64,000 nt of DNA from Candidatus Poseidoniaceae archaeon. GTDB taxonomy: Archaea > Thermoplasmatota > Poseidoniia > Poseidoniales > Poseidoniaceae. The position numbers were made by a program, and so were the translations under genes. How positions within the stretch are numbered: the stretch's first letter is position 1; the number at the start of each line of letters is the position of its first letter. The stretch spans positions 492,413 through 556,412 of the forward strand of contig JBJLBB010000001.1 of assembly GCA_045568435.1 (NCBI GenBank), written 5' to 3'. Under the pieces are notes generated by a model that was not told where the DNA came from, ran no database searches, and worked only from the letters and a program-made list of their open reading frames with translations. Below are positions 54,275-64,000 of the stretch, piece after piece.

Positions 54275-56050
54275 CTAGTTTGAATTACGTTCGAGGATTT
54301 TTACTGTGACCACTCCGTCTTTACGATTCATCTCGATGAAGTCTCCATCATTTATTTCCAAGCATGGGTCTTGGTCAAAACCATGGCCATAAGGAACATC
54401 TAACAGTGAACAAGCTGGAAGGGTTAGAGGACAAACATCTCTATTGATTATCGCTTTAGGACCTTTTCCAGTATATACAAGACCCATTAGAACAAATGGT
54501 GCTACAGTAGAGCCTGAACCTTTTGGATAGATTAGAATTGTATCTTCGATCGCTCTACCATCCAAAGGATGACCTGTTTCTTCAATCACTCCGCTATCTC
54601 GATTAACATATCCAAGATAAGTAATTGGAACATCACTAACCATCGCTCTACCGGTGACTGTGAAATCACTTTGACTTTCTAATCCTGCACCAATTACACT
54701 GTTAAGGCCACTCTTATGGGTCTTTGCAGACTTGTGTTGAGGTTGAGATTTAGTCTCCAAAATCGGAGTTGGTCCCGCTGAAAGAGATGGGTCAAAAGCA
54801 TGAGCAACACAATCTTGAATCGTCATAACACTGGTTGGTAAACGATTCAGCCCACTGGTTAGATAATGTTCTGCTTTTAGTGAATTGGTCAGTAAATGAT
54901 TGTAATGCTCACGGTTATAGGGGGTTACTTCAGGACATGTATCTCGTAAAATTACTGCACCTGCGTCTTCAAGAATATCGAGGCTACCATCGCCTTTGGC
55001 TAAATCAAAATTGGCTTGGCTGGTAAATACCCACAGCCTTTCATTAGGAATTTTCTGACCCATTTCAGCATATGAGCGAACTGCTGAAGCTGTTCTTCGA
55101 ATCTCTTCAGCACTTGCTTGAGGACATCCAATCACTATCAAATCGACTTGACCCTTAGGGGCTAATTCCTCATATCTTGATTGCAATTCTTTCTCGCCAA
55201 AAATAAGTTCGCCTTGCCAGCCACCTTCGGGGGCTGACCAAGAACCATTTTCAGCGATTTTCAGCGGAGGGTCTGCCGAATGACCTTGAGCCCAAAGCAT
55301 AGGTGTTCCATAGTTAGCTGCTGCTGATGTTAGTGCTTTTTTAGAAGCAAAAGAAGCATGAGAAGGTAGACCATGAATCAAAGGCATAGGACCCCAAGGA
55401 AGTTTCCAGTTCGGCAAAACTTGCTTGCCAATCCAATCTCCAAGAATTGACCAGTCAGAAAGACTGTTTAATTCGCAGGTAACTTCAACAATAATATTTG
55501 GAATACGATTCTCTTCAAGATGTAGCCCCCACCTTGGAGCATAACCTGTTAGTGCTGTTGCCAGAGCGGAAAGGCCAGACTCCCGATTGGTGATAAGTGA
55601 AGTCCATGAATTTGAAAAGCACACTGCATTAGATTCTGCCCAAGATGCTATTCCTGATTGAGATTCAATTCCTCTATCATATGGGGTACATGATAGCGTA
55701 GTCTCGATACCAAGTTGTTCATATGCGTGAATAATTTCAAATTGTTGTTCTAAGAAATTAGGCCATGCTATATCCATCTCTTTCATTCTTTCTTTATCGC
55801 AACCAGCGGAATTTAAGGTTGTAGGGATGACAACCTTTCCGTCATTATCGCCAGATAAATCAGAAAGAAATCGGCGTAAGCCATGTCCGCCGGTAATCAC
55901 TGAAACTCCTGAAACGTGGGCATTATCAACTTCAATAAAGCCATCAGAGTTTGCAGTATGAGCCAAATCTACAACCAATCTTGCGGCTTTTTGCCTAGTT
56001 GGCCCTTCTTCTCCACGTAGTTGTGCAGAAAGTCTTGGGGGCATGTCCAT
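54275..56050 (-). CDS. acnX: Aconitase X: catalytic (DUF521) plus swivel (DUF126) fusion; candidate phosphomevalonate dehydratase
   Basis: AHVSGVS, LSCTPY, WAESNAVCFSNS, IGCPQAS, DTCPEV, TNSLKAEHY; C-terminal ITYLGYVN..SGVI...HPL.G...GSGSTV. Confidence 0.85.
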   Translation of the reverse strand: MDMPPRLSAQLRGEEGPTRQKAARLVVDLAHTANSDGFIEVDNAHVSGVSVITGGHGLRRFLSDLSGDNDGKVVIPTTLNSAGCDKERMKEMDIAWPNFLEQQFEIIHAYEQLGIETTLSCTPYDRGIESQSGIASWAESNAVCFSNSWTSLITNRESGLSALATALTGYAPRWGLHLEENRIPNIIVEVTCELNSLSDWSILGDWIGKQVLPNWKLPWGPMPLIHGLPSHASFASKKALTSAAANYGTPMLWAQGHSADPPLKIAENGSWSAPEGGWQGELIFGEKELQSRYEELAPKGQVDLIVIGCPQASAEEIRRTASAVRSYAEMGQKIPNERLWVFTSQANFDLAKGDGSLDILEDAGAVILRDTCPEVTPYNREHYNHLLTNSLKAEHYLTSGLNRLPTSVMTIQDCVAHAFDPSLSAGPTPILETKSQPQHKSAKTHKSGLNSVIGAGLESQSDFTVTGRAMVSDVPITYLGYVNRDSGVIEETGHPLDGRAIEDTILIYPKGSGSTVAPFVLMGLVYTGKGPKAIINRDVCPLTLPACSLLDVPYGHGFDQDPCLEINDGDFIEMNRKDGVVTVKILERNSN

Positions 56051-56157
56051 GTTTGCGGGGATAAGTCTAGATTGATGAATCCACCCCTTGACCAATTCAT
56101 CTAAAGTCGAAATATCGACCGAAGGTTTTGATACCATTGAGGGTGTTAGTCGATTTC

Positions 56158-58404
56158 ATGACTAACCCTCACACACAGGATAGACAAGCCCCTATTGCAG
56201 GTGAACCTGCTACTGCTCAGCCATACAAGAATATCCCTCCACTCAAGGGTAACAGAGCAAACCTTTCACAACCGAGTGAAAATCAACAGTCAAGTGATAA
56301 GACAAACGGAAAGCCTCGTCGAAAATATCTAGTATTCTTTCAAGTAATCATACTAGTTTTAGCATTGGCTATGTCAACTTATTCCATTCTACTTGCCGAC
56401 TCACTTGAAGGCAAAGAAGGCAATTCCATCGGTGAAGGAAATGAAGTCTTAGTAAGAACTGAAGGAAGGGATGCCGACCATATTTGTTCCGAAGGTGGCG
56501 CTGATATTTTCATTGGAAATGATAGCAATAAAAATGGTATTCTAGATGAATCTGAGGTCACTTCAACAACTAGGATTTGTCATGGCCAAGAAGGTTTGTC
56601 AGGACCGCAAGGAGCAACTGGCCCAAATGGGTTTAGTGGTGTTAGTAGTATGATTGAAACTCAAGAGATTGAATATGGAAATATGACCTGTAATTATGGA
56701 GGGTTATTGATACAAAGCGGACTGGATAATAATTCAAATGACATATTAGAACAGGAAGAGATTACCGATCAAGAATTCTTATGTGATGGTTCGATTGGTA
56801 GCGATGGAATAAATGGAGTAAATGGAACTCAAGGTGCTCCGGCTCTGGTGAAAAAGAGTAATCCTCCCGCTTATCTTTGTTCAAATGGCGTAATACTCGA
56901 ATTTGGTGTTGATGATGGCATTGGTCAGGCGGTTGCCATGGATGGAATACTACAGCCTGAAGAAGTACGTGAGAATTTGAAAATCTGTTCTCAACCACTC
57001 AATAGTGGATTGATCAGTGATTTTTCATTAGGTGTGACTAACGGAGTGAACACAGCTTGTGATTCGATGAATTGGATGGAGAGTAAATCGATGTTACTTA
57101 GTGCAGGTAGTGATGGAGCAAATGGGTGTGAATTATGGACCAGTATGGCAACTTTATCCTCTACTTCTATGTTGATTGATATCAATCCATCAGGTGATTC
57201 CACCCCTGGTTTATGGATGGGCATGCAAGAGATAATCGGTGATGAAAATGATTTGGTCTTCTTTGATGCTGATGATGGAATAAATGGCAGAGAGATGTGG
57301 GTCAGTGATGGAACTGTTAGTGGAACACAACGAATCACTTCGCTAAATGGTGCAGGTGATGGCTTGAAAATTAGTTCTAAGATGTCACCTTGGATGAATG
57401 GAATCGTATTTAGTGATGCGGAAAATAATTTTATTTGGAGTAATGGAAGTATAACTGTAGAATTATTTGATGCTCCTTTCTTTTCCAACAGTATGCAAGT
57501 AATTCTTGATTCAACAGCATCTGATATTACTGTTCATTCTCTTACTAAATTATGGCCGGTTGAGACTGGTTTATGGTTTTCAGCAGCCACAATTGCTGAA
57601 GATTTCGAAATGCATTATATCTCAAATAATGGAGTTTTAACTTCTTGGAACCTTAACTCACTCGAAGGAAGTTTACCTGATTCATTCTTATCCCAAGGCC
57701 CCAATAATTTCGTAATTGCAGAAGACGGCAATAATGGACGCCAATTAGCCCGTTTAAATTGGGATGGAACGCATAATTGGTTGACTTCTTTGACCCTACA
57801 AAGCAATGGTGCTTCTGCAACTAATGTAGGTTCTAATTTAGGATTAAATATAATTGGTGATAATGTCATTTTTGATGCTCAGACCAGTGGAGTAGATACA
57901 ACTCTATGGGGATTTAATATCACAACTAATGTTGCTCAAGAACTGTCCGCATCGATCCTTGCACCTGGTGATAAAACCGGTGCAGTATCACTTGATGGGA
58001 AAATTTGGTTCGATTGTGTGACCTCAATGACAGCCACTGAATTATGCTACAGTGATGGAACTATTGCGGGAAGTAAACTAGCCTATGAATTCCAACCAGG
58101 CATCAGTAGTTCAGATATTCGAGAAATTGTTGTTGTCAACCAGCAATTATTGATAATCGCAGATGGTGAACAAGACGGAATTGATTCTGGACACTGCTTA
58201 TGGACATTAAATAGTCAAAGTTTGGAGGCGAGTATAGCCTATGACCCGTGGCAAGGAATAGGAAATAATTCACAATCTGGAACATATGGTGAAATAGAAA
58301 CCTCAAATGAAATCCTTTTCTTTATTGGCAATAATGGCCTTAACGGCCATGAAATCCACTCTTGGAGTCCTTTAGGGTTGACTGGGGACTGGCTGATTTG
58401 GTGA
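56158..58404 (+). CDS. Membrane-anchored surface protein with Cys-GG/DxNxNG.LD repeats, short collagen-like segments and an ELWxSDGT beta-propeller
   Basis: N-terminal TM; CSEGG..GNDSNKNGILDESEV and CNYGG..GLDNNSNDILE repeats; GxxGxx runs; GREMWVSDGT and ELCYSDGT. Confidence 0.8.
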   Translation: MTNPHTQDRQAPIAGEPATAQPYKNIPPLKGNRANLSQPSENQQSSDKTNGKPRRKYLVFFQVIILVLALAMSTYSILLADSLEGKEGNSIGEGNEVLVRTEGRDADHICSEGGADIFIGNDSNKNGILDESEVTSTTRICHGQEGLSGPQGATGPNGFSGVSSMIETQEIEYGNMTCNYGGLLIQSGLDNNSNDILEQEEITDQEFLCDGSIGSDGINGVNGTQGAPALVKKSNPPAYLCSNGVILEFGVDDGIGQAVAMDGILQPEEVRENLKICSQPLNSGLISDFSLGVTNGVNTACDSMNWMESKSMLLSAGSDGANGCELWTSMATLSSTSMLIDINPSGDSTPGLWMGMQEIIGDENDLVFFDADDGINGREMWVSDGTVSGTQRITSLNGAGDGLKISSKMSPWMNGIVFSDAENNFIWSNGSITVELFDAPFFSNSMQVILDSTASDITVHSLTKLWPVETGLWFSAATIAEDFEMHYISNNGVLTSWNLNSLEGSLPDSFLSQGPNNFVIAEDGNNGRQLARLNWDGTHNWLTSLTLQSNGASATNVGSNLGLNIIGDNVIFDAQTSGVDTTLWGFNITTNVAQELSASILAPGDKTGAVSLDGKIWFDCVTSMTATELCYSDGTIAGSKLAYEFQPGISSSDIREIVVVNQQLLIIADGEQDGIDSGHCLWTLNSQSLEASIAYDPWQGIGNNSQSGTYGEIETSNEILFFIGNNGLNGHEIHSWSPLGLTGDWLIW

Positions 58405-59235
58405 TGAACCGTTGTTACGGTCTATACAGTAAGGGCAAGAGACTCCAATCTCATAATGTTCTGATTGTTGGTCTTTCACAGATAATGGATTTCTACAGGC
58501 AAAACATTGTGCTACTTCTGTCTCCTTCAATTCAGGGTTTACCGCCACTCTGTGGTCAAAAACAAAACAATCGCCGTCCCAATAATCTCCGCCGACTTCC
58601 TCGAAGTAGCCAAGAATTCCGCCCTTTAACTGTTTGACATTCGAAAATCCTGCATCCATCATTACGACGCTGGCTTTCTCACAGCGAATACCACCTGTGC
58701 AGAACATTACAACTGGAGTGTCTTTCAAGTCATCTGACATCTCACTCACCGCTCTAGGAAAATCTCGAAACGATTTGATGTCTAGTTCAACCGCATTTTG
58801 AAAAGTTCCTATTCGACATTCATAATCATTCCTTGTATCCAATACTAGAACTTCTTTACCAGCATCTAGCCAACTCTTGAATTCGCTCGGAGTTATCTCT
58901 TCACCAGTATGTACTGCAGGCTTTATGTGGTCAAGTCCAATGGAAATAATTTCTTTCTTCAAACGAACATTCATTCGATTAAATGGCTGATATTGAGTGT
59001 TCGAGATTTTCAATGTGATGTTTCTAAATCTCTCATCTTGGTCGAGGTATTGGATAAATAAGTCAATCGAGTCTTGTTGCCCTGCTAAAAAGAAATTGAT
59101 TCCTTCATTGGAAAGCAATATAGTTCCTTTAAGATTTAACTTTGCACAAACATCCCTGAAGGGTTGTCTTAATTCATCTCTATCTGGAAGGTCAACAAAT
59201 CGATACCCTGCGATATTGATGATGTTTCCGACCAT
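58372..59235 (-). CDS. trhO: tRNA uridine(34) hydroxylase TrhO (YceA/UPF0176 rhodanese family)
   Basis: LKGTILLSNEGIN, LDTRNDYE..IGTF, MFCTGGIRCEKAS, LKGGILGY, W.G.CFVFD.R, C-terminal Cys motifs. Confidence 0.88.
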   Translation of the reverse strand: MVGNIINIAGYRFVDLPDRDELRQPFRDVCAKLNLKGTILLSNEGINFFLAGQQDSIDLFIQYLDQDERFRNITLKISNTQYQPFNRMNVRLKKEIISIGLDHIKPAVHTGEEITPSEFKSWLDAGKEVLVLDTRNDYECRIGTFQNAVELDIKSFRDFPRAVSEMSDDLKDTPVVMFCTGGIRCEKASVVMMDAGFSNVKQLKGGILGYFEEVGGDYWDGDCFVFDHRVAVNPELKETEVAQCFACRNPLSVKDQQSEHYEIGVSCPYCIDRNNGSSPNQPVPSQP

Positions 59236-59279
59236 GATTGAGCGTGAAACATCTAACTTTTGATTCCATCGTTAATCTT

Positions 59280-61046
59280 TCATTTACGCCAATCATGTTT
59301 GGATGCAAGCGGCCTGCGCCACCCTTGACCAAATGCTCGACTAGAAACTCTTGGAGCTGGAGACATTTGCCAACGCTTGTGTTCATTGCGTTCTAATCGG
59401 GATAAAACCTCTAGAACTGTTTCGCGTTCAAGGCCATGTTGAACCATCTGCTCAGCGTCCATAGATTGTTCGATATGCAATCTCAAAATCTCATCGAGAA
59501 CTGGATATGGTGGCAAGGTGTCCTCGTCTTTTTGGTCGGGTGCTAACTCTGCCGATGGTGGCTTTGTCATTGTGGAGGAATTGACTGGAGGGTTTTGTTT
59601 CATGTCTTGGGCTCTATTATTGAACTCTTCACAAATGGCATAGACTTGCATTTTGTAAAGGTCACCAAGTGGAGAATAACCACCGGCCATGTCTCCATAC
59701 AAGGTGCAGTAACCTTGGGCTAATTCAGATTTATTTCCAGTGGCTATTGCCATTCTACCTTGGGCATTAGCATATGCCATTACAATCATTCCACGTAATC
59801 TAGACTGGACATTCTCTGCAGCAACACTGTTACCTTCGCTTAGCATCGAACCGATTTGTTGTTCTAAAGTTGTATGAAGGTCGTCGATAGGTTCGACTTT
59901 GAATTCAATACCCAAAGATTCAGCGGTATATTTTGCATCATCGATAGAATGCTGAGAAGAAAAACGACTTGGCATAGCGATACCAAGTACATTTTCAGGA
60001 CCCACTGCAGCAGCGGCTACACAAGCAGCAGCGGCTGAATCAATTCCACCAGATAGACCAAGAACTATCTTAGAAATATTTGACTTCCTACAATAATCTG
60101 CCAAACCTGTTACTACAGCATCGGTGATATCTTCGATAATATCAGAACTATCTTCATGCCCGTCATCTTGTGGTGAAAGGAATTTCAACTGTGACTTTCC
60201 AACGCTCAAAGCATCTTTGTGTGAGGATTTTATCCATTGTGAATTAGATGAATCATCAATATCAACCAATAGGACTCCTTCCTGCCATGATGGTGCAATA
60301 ACCACTGAACCATCTGGCCATGCTGCAAGGGAGCATCCATCGAATAGAAGGTCATCATTCCCTCCTACTTGATTAGCAAGAAGGAATGGATGTCCAAGTA
60401 TTTTGGCGGCTGTTCGACAGACTTGGATCCTTGTACTGACTTTATCGGCGTGATAAGGTGAAGCAGATAGATTGACAGTTGCGTCCAATTCCACGCCTTG
60501 ACGACCCCATTCGGCTAGATTTTCAATCGGGTCAGAGCCATATGCTGATGGAGTCAAGCCTGCAGCTTGCCATGCATCTTCACAAATTGTGACTCCTAAA
60601 TCTAAATCCCCAATAGTTCGACAAATACCTGAACGATTGGATGCTTGGAAATATCTCGTTTCATCAAATACATCATAAGAAGGCAATAATTGCTTTCTTG
60701 TTACAACTCTATTGGTCTGTTCGCCACTAGGATGTGAAGATAGTGGGCCTGCCCTAACAACTCCATTACCTGGGAGTTTTCTCTCACTATCAGGGGATAC
60801 TGGAGTGCCGACTAAAACTGGTATTTCCACAGTGAGTGAACTCGCTTGTTGTTGTGACATTCGAACAAAATCAGGCTGAAGTAATAGGTCTCTAGGTGGA
60901 TAGCCACTAACTGCTAATTCGGTGGTAATCGCCATCAATGCACCGTTATCTTTGGCTAATGAGGCAAGGCTTTCCAATCTCGCAGAATTACCGGATAAAT
61001 CTCCAATTGTGGAGTCCACTTGTAGCAGACCGATAATACGCGACAA
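59280..61046 (-). CDS. nadE: Glutamine-dependent NAD+ synthetase
   Basis: Nitrilase domain (EL..SGYPPRDLL, K.LLP.YDVFDE.RYF, ICEDAW) plus synthetase domain (GLSGGIDSA, ENVQSRLRG, TGNKSE, PPSAELAPDQKDED). Confidence 0.95.
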   Translation of the reverse strand: MSRIIGLLQVDSTIGDLSGNSARLESLASLAKDNGALMAITTELAVSGYPPRDLLLQPDFVRMSQQQASSLTVEIPVLVGTPVSPDSERKLPGNGVVRAGPLSSHPSGEQTNRVVTRKQLLPSYDVFDETRYFQASNRSGICRTIGDLDLGVTICEDAWQAAGLTPSAYGSDPIENLAEWGRQGVELDATVNLSASPYHADKVSTRIQVCRTAAKILGHPFLLANQVGGNDDLLFDGCSLAAWPDGSVVIAPSWQEGVLLVDIDDSSNSQWIKSSHKDALSVGKSQLKFLSPQDDGHEDSSDIIEDITDAVVTGLADYCRKSNISKIVLGLSGGIDSAAAACVAAAAVGPENVLGIAMPSRFSSQHSIDDAKYTAESLGIEFKVEPIDDLHTTLEQQIGSMLSEGNSVAAENVQSRLRGMIVMAYANAQGRMAIATGNKSELAQGYCTLYGDMAGGYSPLGDLYKMQVYAICEEFNNRAQDMKQNPPVNSSTMTKPPSAELAPDQKDEDTLPPYPVLDEILRLHIEQSMDAEQMVQHGLERETVLEVLSRLERNEHKRWQMSPAPRVSSRAFGQGWRRPLASKHDWRK

Positions 61047-61059
61047 TTCTCTCACCTAT

Positions 61060-64000
61060 TCAACTAAACTGGACTATTTCGCCGTCTTCGTTCTTGTACC
61101 ACCATTCATCGGTTGCTTTGTCATGATACCACCAATAACCGTCTGAGCCTTTGACCCACTCAGATTCTTCAGTGGCACCATCGCTTGATTCCGTAGAATC
61201 GCTTACTCCAAGAGCGGATGCTGCTGCTGAAAGAGAAGCCGCAGGAGCGATACTTCCAGTCTGATACTCTTTTTCTGGAGCATCGACTTGACCGTATTGG
61301 TCGTCTTCGTATTCATCATCTTCGATTTCCGAAGAATATTCATCCCAATCATACTCGGAACGTGAACCTCTTCGAGTTGTTGCTTTCTTCGCCCACAATA
61401 ATGCGGTCATGATAATTGAGATTACAATGAGTAAGACTGCTGAACCAATTATTGGGTTTACATCGCCAAATAGTTTCTCAGTAAATGATTGATCTCTTGC
61501 TGGCCTAACATCAATTGTTGGACCTTTTGCAGTTTCACCATTTTCTAATTCAACTTCTATCCATTGAACCCCTCTTGTAGTTGGTGCCCAATCTAAGGCA
61601 ATCAAGCCAACTCCACCGGCTGGAACTTCTACATTTGGTCTTTGGATTACTTCTGATGAACCATCGATTCTGGTAACCGAAATTACTGCATCTACATTAC
61701 CATCCAATGAACCAATATTGTTTACTAGAACCTTTACCGAGGTTGATTGGTCAACTTCAACCAGTAGACGTGTGTATGAAACTGACGATGCCTCTAAAGA
61801 AAATTCTGGCTTAAGCCATTCCAAATCCCACTGCCCAACCAACGAACCTGCAGGAGTTGCCCCCATTCCAAGTACATCGTTATCCGCTAGGTCTCTACCA
61901 TCGATTTTAATGAATAAAATCATTTGTCTTTCTAACATTGAAGATGTGATATCCGATAGGTCGACTTGAGCAAATACTTCCAGTTGTAAACCATCGATTT
62001 CATCTCCTTCAAGACTCATTGTTTCGACACCATTTCTTAGATAATCACCGGTTTCAGCGTCTTCCACCCACCAAACTAACTGGAGAGAATCAACATCTAA
62101 TCCACCTTCTTCATCTAAGGCAATTCTAACTTCATATGCCTCTGCTTTCAGTTGTGAACCTGGTCTTGGATTGAGAATTTCAACAGGCTCAGGTCCGGTT
62201 CCATCGATTAGAATCCAACGAACACTAGATTGGTCTGTAACATCTACTCCTTGACCAGTGACACAGTTAATCCCCCAAGTCAAAGCAATCTTACCAGAGG
62301 TTTCAGGTGCTTGAAGACCAGTTGACCAAAGGCCATCAACAGAAGTAACCAAAGTAGATTGTCCATTGAATAATAATTCGACATCACAATCGAAAGTTGG
62401 TTTAGTGGATGTTTCAATAAATAATACTTCACCGCCAACTTCAAAGGTACTACTTGGACCCATACGAGCACCATCTGAGACGATTGAACCTTGGTTCAAA
62501 TAAAGTGTAACTGTTTCATCTGGTATCGCCATTTCTGCAGAGAATCTCCATCTCAATTCAGGGAAGGATTTGGTTGCAATTTGACCCGCTCTGTCAACAA
62601 CCTTGAGGCTCGGCTCCCTCCTGGTATCACCCAGGTCAGGTAATGACCATTCTAAGTGGAACTCTATCCTTAGTGTCAACTCGGTTTCATATGGACCGGC
62701 AGGACCATCTGCGCCCATCATGTCACAGTCATCAACTATCAAGTGAATGCTGGTAGTGGTACAGTTTCCTGTGTAAAAGTCCCATGAAATAGGTAGTTTA
62801 TCACTGCCTTGCTTAGAAGCTAGTTCTACAGTAACAGTGGACAAATCTGAACCTCCATTCGGTTCACTCATAGAAACTTCAAAGGCATAATCCATATGAG
62901 GATGGAGCCAATTCTTCTTGCCACCGTCCCAAGAGAAAGAGTTTGATGCAATAGAAGGTGGACCATCGGCATTGAGTTGATACATGAATAGATGCTTTCC
63001 TTCTTCATCTGTGCCATTATCTTCCAATGGATGACCTGCAGCATCGCTTCCGGTCAAATAAACCGCTACTTTATCGCCGGTACTTCCTCCAGCATCATCA
63101 AGCAAGAGAGTGTATTGACCTACAAGTGCAGTCATATCATTAGGCATCAATAGCGAGAATGGTTCGAACTCACCTGGATTTGGCATTCCACTGAAATCAT
63201 AGTCATTCACCCATTCTCTCCAAACCATCGCTTCAACATTTGAAGGTAGTGTTGGTTGGTCTGTAATCTGTAATTGAATGGTTTGAGTCGATGAAGGAGT
63301 TCTGTGATCATAAGGTGCGACATTAGACCAGTATACCGACGGACTAACAGAGTCTGCGAAGAATACTCGCTCAAATATAGCATCTGATGTAGTGCCTGAG
63401 CCGTTTAGAGGTGTGACCTCAATTTTCCAATTAAGAACGCCATTGGTAAATGGAACTACATCGGTGAAATTCCAAGTATCTCCATCTAATGACGTGGTAT
63501 TTGCTACAAGAGTGGAACCGTGGAATAACTCGACAATAGCCTCACCAGGGGCAAATGATTCACCGCTATCTATTCCTTCAAATCCAACATCAACTGAAAT
63601 ATCTAATTGTTGTCCTGCTGGAAGGTAATACTCATCACTTGGCAATTCGCCCATAGATGTTGTGAATGTGACGCTCTTTAATTCTAAATCATTCTCATAT
63701 GCAACAGATGTACCACCTATTGAACCCCATGAATGGGTTGCTGGGATTGATATTACTCCGTTTGCTAGAACCATACGCGTAGATGCTATCATGTATGTTT
63801 CGTCATCCCAACCTGGTTCAATTCTAAACTTGATAGCAACATCTACATCATCTCCTGATTCGGTGACACTAAGCCATGAATCTGGATGAAGTTCTACAAG
63901 ATGAGAGTCGCCTTGTCCAACTGGAGTGCCTCCACCAATTGGGAGTAACCATGTGGCGTGAGTATCCATACCCACTATGTCTAGACGAGCCAATGCGGCT
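61060..64000 (-). CDS. Large membrane-anchored surface protein (5' end outside the window) with acidic cytoplasmic tail ending in a Trp/Tyr-rich motif
   Basis: Frame is open to the window edge; Ig-like beta-rich body, TM IIGSAVLLIVISIIMTALLW, tail WVKGSDGYWWYHDKATDEWWY. Confidence 0.82.
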   Translation of the reverse strand, partial: AALARLDIVGMDTHATWLLPIGGGTPVGQGDSHLVELHPDSWLSVTESGDDVDVAIKFRIEPGWDDETYMIASTRMVLANGVISIPATHSWGSIGGTSVAYENDLELKSVTFTTSMGELPSDEYYLPAGQQLDISVDVGFEGIDSGESFAPGEAIVELFHGSTLVANTTSLDGDTWNFTDVVPFTNGVLNWKIEVTPLNGSGTTSDAIFERVFFADSVSPSVYWSNVAPYDHRTPSSTQTIQLQITDQPTLPSNVEAMVWREWVNDYDFSGMPNPGEFEPFSLLMPNDMTALVGQYTLLLDDAGGSTGDKVAVYLTGSDAAGHPLEDNGTDEEGKHLFMYQLNADGPPSIASNSFSWDGGKKNWLHPHMDYAFEVSMSEPNGGSDLSTVTVELASKQGSDKLPISWDFYTGNCTTTSIHLIVDDCDMMGADGPAGPYETELTLRIEFHLEWSLPDLGDTRREPSLKVVDRAGQIATKSFPELRWRFSAEMAIPDETVTLYLNQGSIVSDGARMGPSSTFEVGGEVLFIETSTKPTFDCDVELLFNGQSTLVTSVDGLWSTGLQAPETSGKIALTWGINCVTGQGVDVTDQSSVRWILIDGTGPEPVEILNPRPGSQLKAEAYEVRIALDEEGGLDVDSLQLVWWVEDAETGDYLRNGVETMSLEGDEIDGLQLEVFAQVDLSDITSSMLERQMILFIKIDGRDLADNDVLGMGATPAGSLVGQWDLEWLKPEFSLEASSVSYTRLLVEVDQSTSVKVLVNNIGSLDGNVDAVISVTRIDGSSEVIQRPNVEVPAGGVGLIALDWAPTTRGVQWIEVELENGETAKGPTIDVRPARDQSFTEKLFGDVNPIIGSAVLLIVISIIMTALLWAKKATTRRGSRSEYDWDEYSSEIEDDEYEDDQYGQVDAPEKEYQTGSIAPAASLSAAASALGVSDSTESSDGATEESEWVKGSDGYWWYHDKATDEWWYKNEDGEIVQFS

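Overview
This is archaeal DNA, most likely from Marine Group II Euryarchaeota (Ca. Poseidoniales). That assignment is inferred from the archaellum operon, GGAGG/GGTGA ribosome-binding sites, TATA-like boxes about 25-30 nt before apparently leaderless starts, HTH-10 regulators and giant TSP3/He_PIG/RCC1 surface proteins. The first 27 kb is an adhesin island with two paralogous giant single-pass membrane proteins (about 3,500 and 4,200 aa once clusters of single-base indels are repaired). Their mosaic ectodomains (RCC1 and other propellers, He_PIG Ig repeats, Ca-binding TSP3-like repeats) are joined to a conserved intracellular tail ending in helix-hairpin-helix domain(s). Each gene lies near an HTH-10 regulator, and candidate shared upstream motifs are visible. 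The middle carries housekeeping genes: mscS, pirin, glutaredoxin, an esterase, a K+-dependent membrane PPase, a NifU-like protein, polX and nth. A minus-strand archaellum operon follows (flaB x2, a cryptic flaC/D/E-like gene, flaF, G, H, I, J), preceded by three tightly coupled unknown genes. After it come bcp, an acetyltransferase, a flavin reductase, an NDP-sugar epimerase, a fused aconitase X, a propeller surface protein, trhO, nadE and a partial surface protein. No rRNA, tRNA, CRISPR array or transposase was recognised.
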